Program-made: the position numbers and the translations under genes
NCBI GenBank assembly: GCA_965116885.1
Contig: OZ220741.1
Location: 4,960,001-5,024,000, forward strand
Reading direction: 5' to 3'
Source of the DNA: Candidatus Latescibacterota bacterium
GTDB taxonomy: Bacteria > Latescibacterota > UBA2968
Length of the DNA: 64,000 nucleotides
Notes under the pieces: generated by a model
Told to the model about the DNA's origin: nothing
The model's database searches: none
What the model saw: only the letters and a program-made list of their open reading frames with translations
Part shown: positions 58,377 through 64,000 of the stretch, in pieces
Position numbering within the stretch: position 1 is the first letter of the stretch
How the letters are laid out: every line of letters starts with the position of its first letter

Positions 58377-59171
58377 ATGGGGCAGTATATTTCTGAAGCA
58401 CAGTGGGCAACATTTGAAGCGCAGGGGTATCTTCACCTCGGCAATGTGATGGACGATGGGGAACTGGAGGCATTGCAGCATCGGATAGATGAGATCATGC
58501 TGGGCACGGCGTCCATCGACTACGATCATGTAATGATGCAACTGGATTCCGACCCCGAAAACAATGGAAAACCCGGCCCGCAGAGCAAGGGACATAAATA
58601 CGCGACACTTGGGTATCGCAAAATACAAAATTTGGAATTGGACCCCCTCTTCCTCTCATTTTTGCAAAAATCGCAGTTTCGAGAAATCTGCGAACACATA
58701 TATGGCAAAAATACCCCTGTAGATTGTTTTCGAGCGATGTTTATGAACAAACCCGCGCACGACGGCACCCCGCTGGTGTGGCATCAGGACCGCTGGACCG
58801 ATCTAACCCTCGATCCCCAAATCACGATATGGACGGCTCTGGATCCCACATCCGTTGAAAATGGCTGTGTGAAAATTATTCCCGGATCGCATAACAAGTT
58901 GATAAATCCCGAGCACGGGTCTGGATTTTTGGCCGACGAACACATCGAGACCATTGTATCCCAATACGAGCCAATAGATTTAATATTAGAAGCCGGCGAC
59001 TCGGTTTTGCTCCACAACTGGATGCTACACAGTTCGGGCGTGAATATCACAGATATTGCGCGACGCGCATTTAGCGTGTGTTATATGCATGGTGACACGC
59101 GCTCATTGCGCGGCAGCACCTTCACCCGTGTCTTTGGCAAAGATGCAGCGGTTCCCAAAGCCGTCGCGTAA
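58377..59171 (+). CDS. PhyH family dioxygenase
   Basis: MNKP, WHQD, ENGCVKIIPGSH, MLHSSG, RRAFS. AAGGAG RBS before ATG 58377. Confidence 0.9.
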   Translation: MGQYISEAQWATFEAQGYLHLGNVMDDGELEALQHRIDEIMLGTASIDYDHVMMQLDSDPENNGKPGPQSKGHKYATLGYRKIQNLELDPLFLSFLQKSQFREICEHIYGKNTPVDCFRAMFMNKPAHDGTPLVWHQDRWTDLTLDPQITIWTALDPTSVENGCVKIIPGSHNKLINPEHGSGFLADEHIETIVSQYEPIDLILEAGDSVLLHNWMLHSSGVNITDIARRAFSVCYMHGDTRSLRGSTFTRVFGKDAAVPKAVA

Positions 59172-59177
59172 TTGCGT

Positions 59178-60920
59178 ATGTCTGACCCCATCGTTTTATT
59201 TGAATCGCACCGCAAAGGTGCGAGTTTTCGTTTTTGCGACCCGTGCGATACCATCTGCGTTTCGCATCCCGAAGACGTTGGCCCCGCACTCGACCGCATT
59301 GAACGAGCTGTCCATTCGGGACTACACGCAGCGGGATTTTTCTCTTATGAAGCCGCATCGGGTCTGGATCCCGTTTTAAAAACGCACGTACCGGGAGATT
59401 TTCCACTCATGTGGTTCGGCCTGTTTCGGCATCGAGAAAATATCCCTGCCGAAACACCGAATGGTAGAAACTACGATCTGGGCGCGTGGCGTCCCTCTAT
59501 TTCGCGCTCTGCTTACGATGCCGCCCTGAATCGCATTCGAGACCTCATCATTGCCGGCGATACCTATCAGGTTAATTATTCCTTTCGTCTGCGGGCAAAT
59601 TTTTCGGGCAATAGCCTTGGCTTTTACCGCGATCTTTGTCGAGCGCAACGCACGGATTATGCGGCGTATTTGGATATCGGGCGATTTCAAATCCTATCGG
59701 CTTCACCCGAATTGTTTTTTGCGTTGAAAAACGGCACACTAACCACACGTCCGATGAAAGGTACAGCACCTCGAGGAAGATGGTGGAAAGAAGACAAAGC
59801 GCGTGCAAAACAGCTTCAAAAATCCCAGAAAGACCGCGCAGAAAATGTGATGATTGTCGATCTGTTGCGCAACGATTTGGGGCGCGTATCAAAAGCTGGT
59901 AGCGTGAAAGTGCCAGCACTGTGGCATGTCGAGCATTACGAAACACTATTGCAGATGACCTCAACCGTAACATCGCGCATGCGTCACGACCTGAGATTGC
60001 GCGAATTGGTGACCGCACTCTTTCCGTGCGGCTCTGTGACCGGCGCGCCAAAAGTGCGTACAATGGAAATTATCAAAGAAGTGGAGCAAGCTCCGCGGGG
60101 AATTTATACCGGAAGCATTGGATACCTCTCGCCGGGAGGTGACATGGCCTTTAATGTGGCGATTCGCACAGTCTGCATTGACCGCAAAACGGGCATTGCA
60201 GAATTTGGCGTCGGCAGTGGCATAACCTGCGATTCTTCAAGTGATGGCGAGTATGAAGAATGTTTGACCAAAGCGCGCCTGCTCGCCGATCAACAACCCG
60301 CTTTTGACTTATTTGAAACCCTGCGATACGATGGCAAAAACGGGTTCTTTTTGCTAAATCGTCATATAGGTCGGATAGAATCGTCCGCGCGGTATTTTGG
60401 ATTTGCTTTTGATCGGTCAAGCGTCCTATCCGCGCTCAAAAATGCTGTATCGAATCTGGGCAAATCACCACACCGTGTACGCCTTGTCTTATCGCGCAAT
60501 GGTTGTGTACAGGTCGAAACTGCACCACTGAAAAAAACATCGCAAAATCGCACGCTTTCCGCCTGTATCTCACCGCTTCCAGTTGACAGCCGCGATCCCC
60601 TATTATTCCACAAAACAACGCGCCGCGAACCCTATACCTCTCGATTGGACATGTATCCCATGTGTGAAGAAATCATTCTCATCAACGAACGCGGCGAAGC
60701 AACAGAATGCAGCATTGGCAATCTCGTCGCCAAATTGGATGGTTTATATGTAACGCCTCCCATCTCCTGCGGCCTGCTGGGAGGAACTTTTCGAGCTAAA
60801 TTAATGTCTCGGGGAAAACTCACAGAACGGGTGCTAAAGGTGAACGATCTGAAACGCGCGGAGGCACTCTACATGATCAATTCTGTGCGAAAATGGACAA
60901 GACTTAAACTTGTAGATTAG
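59178..60920 (+). CDS. pabB: Aminodeoxychorismate synthase component I fused to class IV aminotransferase/ADC lyase (PabB-PabC)
   Basis: YQVN, SPELF, PMKGT, AENVMIVDLLRNDL, FPCGSVTGAPK, then FETLR, HKTT, GLLGGT.R, NSVR. Confidence 0.92.
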   Translation: MSDPIVLFESHRKGASFRFCDPCDTICVSHPEDVGPALDRIERAVHSGLHAAGFFSYEAASGLDPVLKTHVPGDFPLMWFGLFRHRENIPAETPNGRNYDLGAWRPSISRSAYDAALNRIRDLIIAGDTYQVNYSFRLRANFSGNSLGFYRDLCRAQRTDYAAYLDIGRFQILSASPELFFALKNGTLTTRPMKGTAPRGRWWKEDKARAKQLQKSQKDRAENVMIVDLLRNDLGRVSKAGSVKVPALWHVEHYETLLQMTSTVTSRMRHDLRLRELVTALFPCGSVTGAPKVRTMEIIKEVEQAPRGIYTGSIGYLSPGGDMAFNVAIRTVCIDRKTGIAEFGVGSGITCDSSSDGEYEECLTKARLLADQQPAFDLFETLRYDGKNGFFLLNRHIGRIESSARYFGFAFDRSSVLSALKNAVSNLGKSPHRVRLVLSRNGCVQVETAPLKKTSQNRTLSACISPLPVDSRDPLLFHKTTRREPYTSRLDMYPMCEEIILINERGEATECSIGNLVAKLDGLYVTPPISCGLLGGTFRAKLMSRGKLTERVLKVNDLKRAEALYMINSVRKWTRLKLVD

Positions 60921-60929
60921 GAGACTATT

Positions 60930-62111
60930 ATGTATCGTATCGGACAACCCGAAAGCAAGCGCGTGGAAACCCTTCTGGATAGCGGTGAAATTTTTCGCTA
61001 TGGAAAGGCTGGCGAATGCGATCAGTTTGAAGCAGATTGGGGAAAGCGATTGGGCGGTGTGCAGGTGCGAATGACTACAAGCGGCACGGCATCGATTTAT
61101 TGCGCCCTCATTGGCCTGAAAGTTGGGCCGGGCGATTCGGTCATTGTGCCATCGTGTACCTATATGGCGACCGCCCTTGCCGTTGTTGCCGCAGGAGCCA
61201 TGCCCATTATAGCCGAAGTAGATGAATCGATCACCCTCTCGCCCGAAGATGTCGAGCGAAAAATTGCCCCGCATACAAAAGCCATCATTCCCGTGCATAT
61301 GTGGGGATTGCCCTGTAATATGGACGCACTAATGACCATAGCGGAAAAACGCGGGATAAAAGTATTAGAAGATGCGTGCCAGGCCGTGGGAGGTGGATAC
61401 AAAGGGCGCGAACTCGGTTCTATCGGGCATGCCGGGGCATTCAGCTTTAACTATTTCAAAAACATGACCAGCGGCGAAGGCGGCGCGTTTGTCTCTGCCG
61501 ATGAATCTGTGTTTCGGCGCGGATCAGTGGCTGCAGATTGCTGCTCTTATTACTGGAATCCCGACGAACACCGTCCAGATGAACAATTTGCCGGATTGAA
61601 TTTCAGAGCCACGGAAATCTCGGGCGCCATTCTCAACGCACAACTCGAGCGCATCGACGAAATGCTGGACCGCATGCGCGGCCACAAACGAACCCTGACA
61701 AAAGTGGGCGAAGACGCGGGCCTGACATCCATTACAAACAACTGCCCGGATTGCGAATGCGGGACCCATGTCGGCTTTATTTTCGATTCTGAAAAAAATG
61801 CGCGCGCCTTTGCCAAACGGATATCGGAATTGAAAGGCCGCGCTTTTTTACCCATCGATACCGGACGACATGTTTACACGCGATGGGATCCCATTATGCG
61901 AAAGCAAGGCGCACACCATCCCGCGCTCGACCCATTTAATCTGCCGCAAAATAAGGCATTAAATATCGAATATTCAATGGATATGTGTCCTGACTCACTG
62001 GATATATTGAGCCGCGCAGTACTCATTGGCATGCACCCGGACAATGACCGAGAAAAAATAGATGAACTTGCAGACGCTATTCGAACATCTGCACAGGTCG
62101 TTAAACAATAG
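60930..62111 (+). CDS. DegT/DnrJ/EryC1/StrS aminotransferase
   Basis: SGT, PVHMWG, EDACQA, SFNYFKNMTSGEGG. Confidence 0.92.
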   Translation: MYRIGQPESKRVETLLDSGEIFRYGKAGECDQFEADWGKRLGGVQVRMTTSGTASIYCALIGLKVGPGDSVIVPSCTYMATALAVVAAGAMPIIAEVDESITLSPEDVERKIAPHTKAIIPVHMWGLPCNMDALMTIAEKRGIKVLEDACQAVGGGYKGRELGSIGHAGAFSFNYFKNMTSGEGGAFVSADESVFRRGSVAADCCSYYWNPDEHRPDEQFAGLNFRATEISGAILNAQLERIDEMLDRMRGHKRTLTKVGEDAGLTSITNNCPDCECGTHVGFIFDSEKNARAFAKRISELKGRAFLPIDTGRHVYTRWDPIMRKQGAHHPALDPFNLPQNKALNIEYSMDMCPDSLDILSRAVLIGMHPDNDREKIDELADAIRTSAQVVKQ

Positions 62112-62127
62112 AAAAGGAGATTTTGGC

Positions 62128-62754
62128 ATGAAAATACAATGGATGTTAATTCTGATTTTGACTCTGAGTAACAGTGTATTGGCTGCACCGAGTAAACCCG
62201 CACCTCGCAAACCCAAAGAAGGTCAAAATGAAGTCGCGATCCGTCACCACAAAGAAGGCTTGCGCCACCGGGATGCGGCCTGGGTCTATGAAGAAAAAAT
62301 GTCGGGCACAGAAGGCGAAGAGCGAGAAACGTATGCGCGGTTTATCCAGGACCTGTACAATCGCGCACTGGGAGAATTTGCGAAAGCGACCGAGCAGGAC
62401 TCGACGTATTACCAGGCATTTAGCAGTTTGGGATATGTCAAGCGCAAAACCGGAGATATGGACGGAGCAATGGCAGCGTACAATCGCGCTTTGACATTAA
62501 ATCCAAACTACGCAGAGGCCATTGAATATCGCGCAGAAGCGTATTTGATCATGGGACAGGTGGAAAAAATGAAAAAAGCGTATGGGGTATTGGCCGCACT
62601 GAATCGCCCTCACGCAGCGCGATTGTTGACCTTTGTAACACAATGGGCAGATGGCGGAGAGAACGATGCAGATATGGCGACCTCTTTGCGCGCGTGGGCA
62701 TCTGGACAAAAAGAAAAACTCGGCGAGGTAAAAACATTTGTTGAGAAGTGGTGA
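62128..62754 (+). CDS. Secreted TPR protein
   Basis: Signal peptide, AFSSLGY, YNRALTLNPNYAEAIEYRAEAY. Confidence 0.8.
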   Translation: MKIQWMLILILTLSNSVLAAPSKPAPRKPKEGQNEVAIRHHKEGLRHRDAAWVYEEKMSGTEGEERETYARFIQDLYNRALGEFAKATEQDSTYYQAFSSLGYVKRKTGDMDGAMAAYNRALTLNPNYAEAIEYRAEAYLIMGQVEKMKKAYGVLAALNRPHAARLLTFVTQWADGGENDADMATSLRAWASGQKEKLGEVKTFVEKW

Positions 62755-62838
62755 TCCGCAGATGACGCAGAAAAAACGCGAGTGAGCGGTGTACAACTGG
62801 TGTCAGGCCAGTTCATTTGAGCGTTTTACGCAGATGAA
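62755..62838 (+). repeat. ~85-bp palindromic dispersed element (copy B)
   Basis: tccgcagatgacgcagaaaaaacgcgagtgagcggtgtacaactggtgtcaggccagttcatttgagcgttttacgcagatgaa. Confidence 0.88.
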
Positions 62839-62865
62839 AAAGAGAGGATGGGGTGTGCGGGCTGA

Positions 62866-63579
62866 CTACTGACTCCAGACTACTGAAGTAATCAAACCGA
62901 TAAAACCACCAAAAACCCCGCCCCAAACAACCAACCAGCCCAGATGTTTGTGAATCATATCCTGGACAATGGTCTTAACCATTTCGGGTGTCAACTCGTT
63001 TAGACGCTGCATAACAATGGCATCAACCCTGTCAATCATTTCGTCTGTATGACTCGCGGTATTTAATCCCCTCTGGATGGCATCGAGGAATTTGGGTGAG
63101 GATAACAAGAGGCGAATTTCTGCCTGAACTTTTTCGACAAAAGGATCTCTGAGAGACTGTAATACCGTTGCACCGCCGATCATATTGATCATGCTGCCAA
63201 AAGGAGAAGTCATAACAGCCTCCATCAGACGACTGAAGATGCGGTCGCAGTCAACGGCCTCAATAACGGGATCGGCATCAAATTCATCTGGAATTTTTTG
63301 TTCGGCGAGAAATTTTTTAACATTTTCAACGGTGAAAAACTGGTTCATAATCAAAGCGTGGATACCCGTCTTAAATTCTTCAAACCGACTCGGTACAACG
63401 CCCGAACCGTAGAGTCCCGGCACTCTCTCAAAAAGCATGTGAACCGCCAACCAGTTGGTCAAAGCGCCCGAAGTTGCAAAAAGCCCAACCGCGAGTAAAT
63501 GATCGGAATAAACAGGACTGACATAACCTGCACCGATCACGCCGACCGCGAGCAGATTTGTCACAAGACTTTTATTCAT
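62866..63579 (-). CDS. DUF445 family membrane protein
   Basis: SGALTNWLAVHMLFE.VPGLYGSGV, HLGWLVVWGGVFGG. Start ATG 63579. Confidence 0.88.
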   Translation of the reverse strand: MNKSLVTNLLAVGVIGAGYVSPVYSDHLLAVGLFATSGALTNWLAVHMLFERVPGLYGSGVVPSRFEEFKTGIHALIMNQFFTVENVKKFLAEQKIPDEFDADPVIEAVDCDRIFSRLMEAVMTSPFGSMINMIGGATVLQSLRDPFVEKVQAEIRLLLSSPKFLDAIQRGLNTASHTDEMIDRVDAIVMQRLNELTPEMVKTIVQDMIHKHLGWLVVWGGVFGGFIGLITSVVWSQ

Positions 63580-63602
63580 AACCGGAGTCCTTACAGGGAA
63601 TC

Positions 63603-64000
63603 TCAAGCGTGGAGATAACAGAACAAAGTGGCAATCAGATTGTCAAAAACGCTCAGACGGCAGACCTCATATCCGTGAGAATTTTCTCGCGGATACCCAA
63701 TAGTTGCAGCCCGGGGCGCGTGGCCCGCCTGTAAAACGCCCGAGGCATCGGACGCCGCGCGATCGTACACGGCGTATTGCAACTGTGTGTCCGCGCGTTG
63801 TGCCGCTGCTGCGAGATCGGCAATCAAGCCCTGATCGAAATGCATCTGGCTATCTCTTGACCAGATCGCCGGACGACCATCGAGCTGAAGCTGTTGATTT
63901 CTCGGCATAGGGGCAGAATCTACTGCGATAAAAATCTCGACCGGATTTCGCGCGGTCCAACCTCGTGCGCCAATCAACCCTGTCTCTTCCTGAACGAGAA
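63603..64000 (-). CDS. M42-family metallopeptidase, C-terminal part (truncated by window edge)
   Basis: Frame open to the window edge: VQEETGLIGA, AVDS, ASDA, NSHGYE. Confidence 0.75.
   Translation of the reverse strand, partial: LVQEETGLIGARGWTARNPVEIFIAVDSAPMPRNQQLQLDGRPAIWSRDSQMHFDQGLIADLAAAAQRADTQLQYAVYDRAASDASGVLQAGHAPRAATIGYPRENSHGYEVCRLSVFDNLIATLFCYLHA

Noticed and set aside
59178..60920. PabB-PabC fusion as a novelty
   Set aside because: This fusion is a common, known architecture.
1..64000. CRISPR array or cas genes
   Set aside because: No regularly spaced repeats with unique spacers and no Cas-like ORFs. The repeats found are dispersed or short tandem units.

Overview
Bacterial chromosomal segment with about 55 CDS and three tRNAs (Leu-TAA, Cys-GCA, Leu-CAG). 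Gene content (three PhyH dioxygenases, two sulfatases, a GWxTD protein, a dockerin-like EF-hand/beta-propeller protein, FadL-type and DUF5686-type outer-membrane proteins) suggests an FCB-superphylum organism such as Ca. Latescibacterota; this is inference only. From left to right: (1) a sugar kinase, isomerase, sulfatase and E2-E1a-E1b dehydrogenase cluster; (2) a hicBA toxin-antitoxin pair beside tRNA-Leu, with hicA missing from the ORF track; (3) a minus-strand MoxR/DUF58/vWA operon split by a ~9 kb AT-richer island; (4) heme A synthase, uxuA-like, DMT and GWxTD genes; (5) a Phd-PIN toxin-antitoxin pair followed by a cobalt-type nitrile hydratase operon; (6) a 1.7 kb segment bounded by twin hairpins whose loops are inverted relative to each other; (7) housekeeping and catabolic genes including mdh, a pabB-pabC fusion, DegT, DUF445 and an M42 peptidase. 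The best candidate for an undescribed system is the island's co-directional trio: an NDT-like glycosylase, a 1650-aa restriction-endonuclease/NACHT protein and a DUF5677/HEPN-like protein, next to a Schlafen/AlbA_2 gene and VapBC. A strand-polarised CGCAGATG repeat family sits on many stop codons. No CRISPR array, rRNA, integrase or transposase was seen. All product calls are from motif recognition by eye; no database search was run.
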